25,652 nt of DNA from a virus (taxonomy: Duplodnaviria; Heunggongvirae; Uroviricota; Caudoviricetes). The position numbers and the translations under genes were made by a program. The notes below the pieces were generated by a model, which did not search any database, was not told the DNA's origin, and worked only from the letters and a program-made list of their open reading frames with translations. The DNA lies in the IMG/VR virus record IMGVR_UViG_2531839479_000006, one strand, 5' to 3'. This document shows, piece by piece, positions 7,862-15,307 of the stretch (position 1 is its first letter; every line of letters starts with the position of its first letter).

Positions 7862-8932
7862 ATGGCTAACGCCTGGCTCAGATTATGGCATGACATGCCA
7901 AATGACCCTAAGTGGCGAACAATTGCCAGGGTGTCAGGGCAGCCAATTGCAACAGTGATGGCAGTGTATATCCACCTCCTGGTGAGCGCGTCACGAAATG
8001 TCACGCGAGGTCACATTGATGTCACGACAGAAGATTTGGCAAGTGCGCTCGACGTGACAGAAGAGGTAATTGATTCAATTTTGCAGACGATGCAGGGGCG
8101 GGTACTTGATGGTGATTTAATCACTGGATGGGAAAAACGCCAGGTGCTGAAAGAGGACAACGGCAATATTTCGCAAACCGCAAAATCTCCGGCAGAGCGC
8201 AAGAGGGCGCAGCGAGAGAGGGAAAGAAAGCGGGAACAAAATGGCGATTGTCACGGCGAGTCACGAAATGTCACGCACATGTCACGACGAGTCACGACAG
8301 ATAAAGATACAGATAAAGATACAGATCAAGAAGATCAAAACACTATGGTCCATGGCGTAAAAAACGCCACGAACCAGGCAGGGGATGTTCAGACCGTCAC
8401 TCCTGGCCAGCCCGCAGGCACGACACCGGAAGCCGATTCAGCGTATGCGCTGAAAGCCGATTCGGGCGCTGTGCAGCAGGTGATGACCGCAAGGCAGGAG
8501 CAATCACACCAACTTCAGCAGCCTGAAGCCGATTCCGCCATTCAGCGGGAAGCCGATCGGGTAGTCCCGGAAAACACCGGGCAGCCTGTGGGACGAGTGG
8601 ATTATCCTGATGTGTTCGAACAGATCTGGCGGGAATACCCGTTGCGTGCTGGGGCAAACCCGAAGAAATCCGCTTTCAGTGCCTGGAAGGCCAGATTACG
8701 CGAGGGGGTGTCACCAGAGGCCATGCTGGATGGCGTGAGGCGTTACGCAAGATACCTTGCGGCTACCGGGAAAACGGGAACGGAATTTGTTCAGCGAGCG
8801 ACGACGTTTTTTGGACCGGACCGGAATTTTGAAAACCCCTGGCTGCTCCCGGTAAGCGGCACGAACAACCAGCGTTGTGTGAATCATATTTCTGAACCGG
8901 ATACCGAAATTCCACCGGGCTTCAGGGGGTAA
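7862..8932 (+). CDS. Replication initiation protein (O-like) containing the origin iterons
   Basis: ATG with AGAAGAGG upstream. Two clusters of GTCACG iterons and an AT-rich tandem repeat lie inside the coding sequence, as for lambda ori inside gene O. Confidence 0.65.
   Translation: MANAWLRLWHDMPNDPKWRTIARVSGQPIATVMAVYIHLLVSASRNVTRGHIDVTTEDLASALDVTEEVIDSILQTMQGRVLDGDLITGWEKRQVLKEDNGNISQTAKSPAERKRAQRERERKREQNGDCHGESRNVTHMSRRVTTDKDTDKDTDQEDQNTMVHGVKNATNQAGDVQTVTPGQPAGTTPEADSAYALKADSGAVQQVMTARQEQSHQLQQPEADSAIQREADRVVPENTGQPVGRVDYPDVFEQIWREYPLRAGANPKKSAFSAWKARLREGVSPEAMLDGVRRYARYLAATGKTGTEFVQRATTFFGPDRNFENPWLLPVSGTNNQRCVNHISEPDTEIPPGFRG
7990..8030. repeat. Iteron cluster 1: four GTCAC(G) repeats at 10-11 bp spacing
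   Basis: GTCACG at 7990, 8000 and 8021, GTCACA at 8010. The 17-mer GTCACGAAATGTCACGC is shared with cluster 2. Confidence 0.55.
8250..8340. repeat. Iteron cluster 2 plus AT-rich tandem repeat: candidate replication origin
   Basis: GTCACG at 8250, 8260, 8270, 8281 and 8291 (helical phasing), followed by GATAAAGATACA x2 and an A/T-rich run. Confidence 0.6.
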
Positions 8933-8972
8933 GTGTTGATTTCTGGTCATGAGGTAATTTTCAGGAGGACTT

Positions 8973-9395
8973 GTGGCAAAAGTTTTTACACAAGAAGAGC
9001 GAGAAAAAATTAAAGGGCAGGTTGTTGAACTCGTACGCCAGAGTGGGCGTGAGACGTTACGGCAACTGGAAGTCAAGACAGGTGCGACAAGATATCTGAT
9101 GAGCGTTCTCGCAAGAGAGCTGGTTGCCAGCGGCGATGTATACAACTCTGGTTACGGGTTATTCCCGTCTGAACAGGCGCGTAAGGACTGGCAAAATGCC
9201 CGTAAAAAGCTCTCAAGGGCAAAGCTGAAGAAACCATCTGCGGTTGATCCGGACCTTATCTGGTCATTACCTGACGGAGAAATACGTCGCTACGACAGGC
9301 GTCAGAACATAATCTGTCGCGAGTGCCGGAAGAGTGAGGTTATGCAGCGTGTGCTGGCATTTTATCAGGGTAATTTTCAGGAGGTGATGGCGTGA
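8973..9395 (+). CDS. Hypothetical protein, 140 aa, replication module
   Basis: ORF with a GTG start and GGAGGA upstream. Basic C-terminus with CxxC. Function unknown; it is not an obvious helicase loader. Confidence 0.45.
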   Translation: MAKVFTQEEREKIKGQVVELVRQSGRETLRQLEVKTGATRYLMSVLARELVASGDVYNSGYGLFPSEQARKDWQNARKKLSRAKLKKPSAVDPDLIWSLPDGEIRRYDRRQNIICRECRKSEVMQRVLAFYQGNFQEVMA

Positions 9396-9688
9396 GGGTG
9401 AGGGTTTATATCGCCGGTCCAATGACGGGGTATGAAAATTTCAACCGTGAGGCGTTTCACAAGGCAGAAGAGGAACTGAAACGGGAAGGGCATACCGTCT
9501 TAAACCCGGCAGTACTTCCGGACGGGCTGACACAGCCGCACTACATGGATATTTGCATGGCAATGATTCGTTGTGTGGATGCGATTTACATGCTGAAAGG
9601 CTGGCAGCGGTCAGCAGGCGCTAAGGCAGAACTGGCGCTGGCGGAGAAACTGGGGCATGCAGTTATTTTCCAGGAGGAGGTACAGTGA
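9392..9688 (+). CDS. DUF4406-like protein (nucleoside 2-deoxyribosyltransferase-like fold)
   Basis: N-terminal VYIAGPMTG...NF pattern typical of that phage family (from memory). Start overlaps the upstream stop. Confidence 0.5.
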   Translation: MRVRVYIAGPMTGYENFNREAFHKAEEELKREGHTVLNPAVLPDGLTQPHYMDICMAMIRCVDAIYMLKGWQRSAGAKAELALAEKLGHAVIFQEEVQ

Positions 9689-9960
9689 ATATCGACGCAA
9701 CAATGACGATTGGTACGGCCCTCAATACGGGGCTGGCGCTTCTTGGTTGGTGCTACATCATGTTCTGCTCATGGCGGTGGCTGTCACTGATGTTACTGAA
9801 AGAATGGAATAAACGCTGTAAACAGACGCAGCGGCAGAAGGCAATGAATGCGTTTTTTGAGACCTTCGATATTGACAGTATAGAACCAGGAGAGCCAGCT
9901 CGCGTGATTAGCAGAGGTGACGTTGTAATTCTTGTATACCGGAGTGAAGAGAAAGCATAA
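9685..9960 (+). CDS. Hypothetical small membrane protein, 91 aa
   Basis: ORF overlapping the upstream stop, with a hydrophobic segment LALLGWCYIMFCSW. Last gene before the composition drops. Confidence 0.4.
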   Translation: MNIDATMTIGTALNTGLALLGWCYIMFCSWRWLSLMLLKEWNKRCKQTQRQKAMNAFFETFDIDSIEPGEPARVISRGDVVILVYRSEEKA

Positions 9961-10074
9961 TCCAAATCTGAATAATTAAATCCAGCACTGTAAATAAAAT
10001 TTAATCCTTAACCGGAGGGATTTCTGCACCCTCAGAACATCAGGAGGCCGCCCGAAAGGGCGGTGGAGATAATA

Positions 10075-10590
10075 ATGGAAATAACTAAAGAACGATTATT
10101 GGAAATAGCAAATCTTAGTGAAAGGGCATTAAGTGATGGGAGGATTATTTCTCCTGATGCTTATGAATCAGTTACAAGTATAGAAATAATAACGATGGCC
10201 AGGATGCTTCTTGCTCGCTTCAAAAAAGAATATAAAAAACAGGTAGATAGCAATGCTAATATATATGATATTTTGGACTGTTGGGGAGCTTGGGCTGTAG
10301 CTGGAAATAGTTCTATCAACTGGCAGCAAGTGGCTGATAAATATAAAGATGTTGTGCCTCATGGTAAAAAATTGCGTCGCCAGAGCAGCGATGATGAAGG
10401 GCGAGTGATTGATGAGTGGATATTGAGACTCAGACAATATAAAATAGATGAATATGAGTTAATTGTTGCCCACTTTGTAATAGGCGTTTCTTTGAGAAAG
10501 ATCGCAAAAAGAAAGAAATGTGCGGATGGGACTATTAGAAAAAAAATACAAGCAGCGATGGGAGTATTGGAGGGAGTATTAATGCTCTAA
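10075..10590 (+). CDS. Q-like regulator (antiterminator-Q family fold, C-terminal sigma-70 region-4-like HTH), AT-rich
   Basis: ATG with GGAG 6 nt upstream. Shares a W-G-x-W motif and a C-terminal basic HTH (SLRKIAKRKK...TIRKKI) with the prophage Q at 15304-15858 (WGRW ... MSKRKMAELL ... RNRI). Composition matches the AT-rich insertion. Confidence 0.55.
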   Translation: MEITKERLLEIANLSERALSDGRIISPDAYESVTSIEIITMARMLLARFKKEYKKQVDSNANIYDILDCWGAWAVAGNSSINWQQVADKYKDVVPHGKKLRRQSSDDEGRVIDEWILRLRQYKIDEYELIVAHFVIGVSLRKIAKRKKCADGTIRKKIQAAMGVLEGVLML

Positions 10591-10599
10591 CTGTTAGAG

Positions 10600-11820
10600 C
10601 TAAATAAAAATCTTCGCAAGAAATATTCCTGCTGCAATAGAACTTGGTAGCCAAGCCAAATACATAAATAACTTTATTGTATTATCACATTTGGTTTGGC
10701 TCTTTGATAGTTCATATAGAGCCTCATTAATGTCCTTCTTAAGGTCTTCTGGATAATTTTCATTGTTTTTTAGAAAAGGCATAAATGCTATATCTTTAGC
10801 ATGGTAAATATGTTTTAATTGTTTATCCTGATTGAGTAATACCATATATAAAATAAGTGAGCTTAACAATACACCTAATAAAACGAGTAACATTTCAGAT
10901 CTTGATGTTAGTTTTATAATCCCGAAGGATGCCAGTAAAGACACAGGGATTGATAATACTTTTGTCGTCAAATCAGTAATAAGTTTTGAGATTTTTTCAG
11001 CAAACTCTGCTTCAGACTTCGCAATTTCTTTTCGTGCCTTATGGAATGAAAAACCACTCATATACGTGGATAAATTATTTTCAAATAGCTTTACAAATTT
11101 ATCCCAATGGCAAATTAGGTTTTCAAAATCATATTTGTTATCGAGAATAAACTCCACTATGGTATTCCTGAAAATACCTGTTTTTTCTGCTTGATGGGGG
11201 ATTTGGGCGTTTTTTACATCTAAAAGACTCTTGATGATAGCATCATCAATGTCATTTATATTGAGCATCTTAGGTGTAATGCACGTTTCTAAAATAATAG
11301 ATGTTGATTTTGCGTCAGAATCTTTCACGAAAACTAAACGATAATTTGAAGATTCCGATTTTGTATCGTGAAAGTGCGCAATCTCAGCCAGGGAAGAAAT
11401 AATTGCACAAATTTTCTCGATTTTTATAATTTCGTCCGGTTTACTTGAATCAGACGGATGAAAATCCTCATCGATTATGTAATACTCTTTAGGAATTACA
11501 CCTTTCTTGAGTGAGTTTATACAAAGGAACTCTTGAATTGAGTTATAGAAACGTTCTGCTCCATTTTTAGGGGATATGTAAGTGTATGAGAATTTATCTC
11601 CAATTTTAATTGGGTGTGATTTTAAATCGTCTTCGTCAATGAACTCATTATTAATATCAACATCTTCAAAATAACCGTAGGCTTTATGTGAATTTACTAA
11701 CAAGTTTACCAAACGTTGATTGTTATTATTTATTTCAACAGTTGCAGAAAAAGAACGTCCGTCGAATTGGGGCTTCGATGATGCTCTATAAAAATCTACA
11801 ACCGTTGATAAATTAGCCAT
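10600..11820 (-). CDS. Membrane-anchored protein, ~406 aa: soluble N-terminal domain plus 2-3 C-terminal TM helices; candidate effector
   Basis: Long AT-rich ORF. C-terminal hydrophobic helices EMLLVLLGVLLSSLILYMVLL and LFMYLAWLPSSIAAGIFLAKIFI. Its ATG lies inside the last codons of the upstream gene (ATGGCTAA), indicating translational coupling. Confidence 0.8.
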   Translation of the reverse strand: MANLSTVVDFYRASSKPQFDGRSFSATVEINNNNQRLVNLLVNSHKAYGYFEDVDINNEFIDEDDLKSHPIKIGDKFSYTYISPKNGAERFYNSIQEFLCINSLKKGVIPKEYYIIDEDFHPSDSSKPDEIIKIEKICAIISSLAEIAHFHDTKSESSNYRLVFVKDSDAKSTSIILETCITPKMLNINDIDDAIIKSLLDVKNAQIPHQAEKTGIFRNTIVEFILDNKYDFENLICHWDKFVKLFENNLSTYMSGFSFHKARKEIAKSEAEFAEKISKLITDLTTKVLSIPVSLLASFGIIKLTSRSEMLLVLLGVLLSSLILYMVLLNQDKQLKHIYHAKDIAFMPFLKNNENYPEDLKKDINEALYELSKSQTKCDNTIKLFMYLAWLPSSIAAGIFLAKIFI

Positions 11821-12955
11821 TTTCTTTTCCACTATCCCTTATTTTTAAATTTTCTTTTACCACAGCGCTTAGTTTAGCCTTAAATTCAGCTGGTAAGTTT
11901 GTAAATGATAATCTTCCAGTTGTTTCATCGTACCACACATCATCATCAGCTGTCACTCCAAGGAGAGACTTGTCAAAATTAAATCCAATCTCATCAGTCT
12001 TAAAGGTGATGTTTTTAATGTCTTTCAACGCCCGTTTACTGATAACAAATTCAGTTGGGATTCTCACATTTTCACTATTTAAAAAAAGAATTAATTCGTG
12101 AGTGTAAGATTCTTTGGTAGACTCATCTAAATTTGTCATGTGACGTGCTGCAATTACTTCAATATCACTCAATCGGGCTGATAAATTTTTAGCTGCTTGT
12201 GTGTCTAAATATGCAATAACGTCATGTTTAAATCTATTGGCACATGCTTTAAGTTCTGGTTTTTGGTTAAAAAATTGTTTTGCGACAGTTGGTAGTTTTT
12301 TTGTGGCTTTTGCTGCTGCAAGTGATTTGTCGCATCCTATTGCTGCAATAAAATATGCTGATGTGGATTGACCCACTCCTTTACTTACGAAACTTAGATA
12401 ACTTAAGTCAATTTTTTCAGACTCATCAGCAGTTTTATATTGTTGGTAGAGATTGAAATTTATTCTTGCTGCTTGGTGTATTTTGGATAGATCCAAATGG
12501 ATCATTTCTTCAGGTTCGAGTTTGTTGCTGATAGTAACACCATTTTTCTTTTTAATCATTGCAATTAAAAAGAATTTATTGTTATTTACAATATAGTCAC
12601 AAAACACAATAAAACCACCAGATGACCAAGGTTCTTCTTTGGCTTTTTTTACAAGTTGCTTCATCACTTCAATAGAAAAAGGCACAAACTTTTCATTAAT
12701 GTTATCCTCTGACTGAGAATACTCTTCAAATATTGATGGCACAGGCCCTTGTTCTGTTTTCTCCTCTTTAAAAACGCCATAATGTGCAGAATTGCCTTTG
12801 GTTCCATATAAAGATGAAATGTCTTGAATAAGTTTTATAACAATTGGATTGGTTTTATCGAGAGGAGTGGATCTAAGCTGATACGGCTTAGAAAAATCAA
12901 AATCCTTTTTTGCTTCTTTAATTAGTTCATGAACGATAACTTGCTTAATTTCCAT
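11813..12955 (-). CDS. NdpA/YejK-family (nucleoid-associated protein, 37-kDa family) homologue, diverged, 380 aa
   Basis: Blocks match E. coli YejK as I recall it: IVHELIK vs ALHQLIK, SGGFIVFCDY vs DGGFVLFCHY, YLSFVSKGVGQ vs YLTFLKGRVGR, and the C-terminal GFNFD...LLG...D.TTGRLSF vs [30 protein letters not shown] upstream. Confidence 0.8.
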   Translation of the reverse strand: MEIKQVIVHELIKEAKKDFDFSKPYQLRSTPLDKTNPIVIKLIQDISSLYGTKGNSAHYGVFKEEKTEQGPVPSIFEEYSQSEDNINEKFVPFSIEVMKQLVKKAKEEPWSSGGFIVFCDYIVNNNKFFLIAMIKKKNGVTISNKLEPEEMIHLDLSKIHQAARINFNLYQQYKTADESEKIDLSYLSFVSKGVGQSTSAYFIAAIGCDKSLAAAKATKKLPTVAKQFFNQKPELKACANRFKHDVIAYLDTQAAKNLSARLSDIEVIAARHMTNLDESTKESYTHELILFLNSENVRIPTEFVISKRALKDIKNITFKTDEIGFNFDKSLLGVTADDDVWYDETTGRLSFTNLPAEFKAKLSAVVKENLKIRDSGKENG

Positions 12956-13045
12956 ATTGAAAATATCACCTATGTTATTGTTAGATCGTTTGTGATTTTT
13001 TTACCATCACAACAACGACACAAAATCATTAATGCGTACGCAAAA

Positions 13046-13074
13046 ATTTTGAATAATGAGTTAATCAATGTCAA
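13046..13074 (-). promoter_or_regulatory. Candidate promoter for the NdpA-like/membrane-protein operon
   Basis: Minus-strand TTGACA (13069-13074), a 17-bp spacer, then CAAAAT (13046-13051), about 90 nt upstream of the NdpA-like ATG. Pattern match only. Confidence 0.3.
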
Positions 13075-13230
13075 TAGTTAAACACACTACCGCTGTAGAG
13101 TTGTTGTCATTAAATTGCGTCATAAGTAGAATTGCTGCGGGTGCTTGAGGCTATCTGTCTCAGGCATGAACACCAAAAGGCAGATAGAGAAAAGCCCCAC
13201 CCGACTATAAATCGAAGTGAGGCCAGTCTT

Positions 13231-13437
13231 ATGTCTCGACAACTGAAGATTAGCCTCTTACGTGCCGAAAGGCAAGGAGAAGCAGGCTATGAAGCAGCAA
13301 AAGGCGATGTTAATCGCCCTGATCGTCATCTGTTTAACCGTCATAGTGACGGCACTGATAACGAGGAAAGACCTCTGCGAGGTACGAATCCGAACCGGCC
13401 AGACGGAGGTCGCTGTCTTCACAGCTTACGAACCTGA
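13231..13437 (+). CDS. mok: Mok-like overlapping reading frame of the hok locus
   Basis: ORF starting MSRQLK with GAAGTGAGG upstream, overlapping hok in another frame as in hok/sok loci. Confidence 0.45.
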   Translation: MSRQLKISLLRAERQGEAGYEAAKGDVNRPDRHLFNRHSDGTDNEERPLRGTNPNRPDGGRCLHSLRT

Positions 13438-13444
13438 GGAGTAA
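13289..13444 (+). CDS. hok: Hok/Gef-family type I toxin, 51 aa
   Basis: MKQQKAMLIALIVICLTVIVTALITRKDLCEVRIRTGQTEVAVFTAYEPEE is near-identical to the Hok/HokD family sequence as I recall it. AGGAGA 8 nt upstream. Confidence 0.85.
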   Translation: MKQQKAMLIALIVICLTVIVTALITRKDLCEVRIRTGQTEVAVFTAYEPEE

Positions 13445-13513
13445 GAGACCAGGTGAGGGAGAAATCCCTCGCCACCTCTGATGAGTCAGGCATCCTCAAC
13501 GCACCCGCACTTA

Positions 13514-13539
13514 ACCCGCTTCGGCGGGTTTTGTTTTTT
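13514..13539 (+). terminator. Rho-independent terminator downstream of hok
   Basis: CCCGC-TTCG-GCGGG stem-loop followed by TTTTGTTTTTT. Confidence 0.6.
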
Positions 13540-13611
13540 CCTGGCATTCTGGTTTACAATTCGCACGCCAGCCTGAACAACTGGCACCTGCTGCGCCAGC
13601 AGAGACAACCG

Positions 13612-13884
13612 ATGGCGCACAAAACCAAATTTCACAATTCTGATACCGCCCTTGCCATCCGGCATGGGCGGCGTTCACACGCATTTAAAACCGACTGGTA
13701 CCAACACCCACCATGTACTGAAGAACAGGCCGAATGGCTAATTCATAACTACCGCAGACGCGGATACGAGATTAAGAAAGCCCTCAGCCTCGATTATCGT
13801 CACTGGATAATCTATGTCAGGCTCCCTTATTCCGAACGCCCACCGCGTCCGTCCCGCACATTCCAGCAACGCATCTGGAGGTAA
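13612..13884 (+). CDS. Hypothetical basic protein, ~90 aa
   Basis: Internal Met MAHKTKFHNSD... chosen because the upstream part of the six-frame ORF contains the hok terminator. Weak ribosome binding site. Confidence 0.4.
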   Translation: MAHKTKFHNSDTALAIRHGRRSHAFKTDWYQHPPCTEEQAEWLIHNYRRRGYEIKKALSLDYRHWIIYVRLPYSERPPRPSRTFQQRIWR

Positions 13885-13885
13885 C

Positions 13886-14941
13886 GTGCGGGTATTACTT
13901 CGACCTGTTCCGGTACCGGAACTTGGGCTGGTGGTGCTAAAACCGGGCCGTGAATCCATGCAGGTATTTCATAATCCTCGAGTTCTGGTGGAGCCGGAAC
14001 CGAAAAGCATGCGCGGTCTGCCGTCCGGAGTCGTTCCTGCCGTTCGCCAGCCATTGGCGGAGGATAAATCATTACTGCCATTTTTCAGCGATGAGCGGGT
14101 GATTCGTGCTGCTGGTGGTGCTGGTGCACTGTCTGACTGGCTGTTACGCCACATTAAATCCTGCCAGTGGCCTCATGGTGACTACCATCACAGCGAAACC
14201 GTCATACATCGTTACGGTACCGGTGCAATGGTGTTGTGTTGGCACTGCGACAACCAGCTGCGTGACCAGACTTCCGAATCACTCGGGCAGCTTGCTCACC
14301 AAAATTTGTCAGCATGGATGATTGACGTCATACGCCATGCAATGAATGGCACGCAGGAGCGGGAATTATCGCTGGCTGAATTATCCTGGTGGGCAACCAT
14401 AAATAACGTAGCGGACGCACTACCGGAGACGGTATTACGTCGTTCTCTGGGGTTACGTGCGGAAAAAATCCGCTCGGTGTACCGCGAAAGCGACATCATA
14501 CCGGGAGAGCAGACAGCCACCAGCATCCTGAAACAGCGCACAAAAAATCTTGCGCCGCTGCCTCACGCCCACCAGCAAAACCCGCCACAGGAAAAGACGG
14601 TGGTCAGCATTGCCGTTGATCCGGAGTCACCGGCTCAGTATCTCCAGCGCCAGAAACCACAACGGGAAGATATGCCTGTATACACGCGTTGGGTAAAAAC
14701 GCAGAAATGCATGACGTGTGGCAATCAGGCAGATGATCCGCATCACATCATTGGTCATGGACTGGGAGGGATGGGAACAAAGGCTGATGATTTGTTTGTT
14801 ATTCCGCTGTGCCGTAAATGCCATAGCGAACTACACGCCGGGGTAAAAGATTTTGAAGAAAAACACGGCAGCCAGCTGTTGTTGCTGATTCGTTTTTTAA
14901 TGCACGCGAGAAATTCGGGTGTCCTGAAGTGGAAAGCATGA
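13886..14941 (+). CDS. Prophage protein with C-terminal HNH-like Cys/His motif (YdfU-like)
   Basis: GTG start with GGAGG 4 nt upstream. C-terminal CMTCGN...DPHHIIGHG...CRKCH resembles an HNH/zinc-finger nuclease motif. Lies directly upstream of rusA. Confidence 0.6.
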   Translation: MRVLLRPVPVPELGLVVLKPGRESMQVFHNPRVLVEPEPKSMRGLPSGVVPAVRQPLAEDKSLLPFFSDERVIRAAGGAGALSDWLLRHIKSCQWPHGDYHHSETVIHRYGTGAMVLCWHCDNQLRDQTSESLGQLAHQNLSAWMIDVIRHAMNGTQERELSLAELSWWATINNVADALPETVLRRSLGLRAEKIRSVYRESDIIPGEQTATSILKQRTKNLAPLPHAHQQNPPQEKTVVSIAVDPESPAQYLQRQKPQREDMPVYTRWVKTQKCMTCGNQADDPHHIIGHGLGGMGTKADDLFVIPLCRKCHSELHAGVKDFEEKHGSQLLLLIRFLMHARNSGVLKWKA

Positions 14942-15307
14942 ATGACTGAACGCATAGAATTTGTTTTGCCTTACCCGCCAACGGTGAACACTTACTGGCG
15001 ACGTCGTGGCAGCACATATTTTGTATCAAAAGCCGGTGAGCGTTATCGCCGTGATGTGGCGCTTATTGTTCGCCAGCAGCGGCTGAAATTAAACCTGTCC
15101 GGAAGGCTGGTGATAAAGATTATTGCAGAGCCACCGGATAAACGTCGTCGTGACCTGGACAATATCCTGAAAGCACCACTGGATGCGCTGACGCATGCCG
15201 GACTTCTCATAGACGACGAGCAGTTTGATGAAATCAATATTGTGCGCGGTCAGCGCGTTCCTGGGGGGCGGCTGGGCGTGAAGATTTACAAAATTGAGAG
15301 TGAGTGA
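14942..15307 (+). CDS. rusA: Holliday junction resolvase RusA
   Basis: 120-aa ORF with the RusA signature RRRDLDNILKAPLDALTHAGLLIDDEQ, in the nin-region position. Confidence 0.85.
   Translation: MTERIEFVLPYPPTVNTYWRRRGSTYFVSKAGERYRRDVALIVRQQRLKLNLSGRLVIKIIAEPPDKRRRDLDNILKAPLDALTHAGLLIDDEQFDEINIVRGQRVPGGRLGVKIYKIESE

Noticed and set aside
7990-8300. Possible CRISPR array suggested by regularly spaced GTCACG repeats
   Set aside because: Repeats are 6-17 bp at roughly 10-bp spacing inside a replication gene and followed by an AT-rich tract. These are origin iterons, not CRISPR repeats and spacers. No cas genes present.
10168-11194. Short ORFs (89 and 120 aa) antisense within the AT-rich genes
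   Set aside because: AT-rich DNA yields chance ORFs. Both are embedded antisense in longer frames with recognisable features.
13453-13611. N-terminal extension of the 143-aa ORF after hok
   Set aside because: The extension contains the hok intrinsic terminator, so translation more plausibly starts at the internal Met at 13612.
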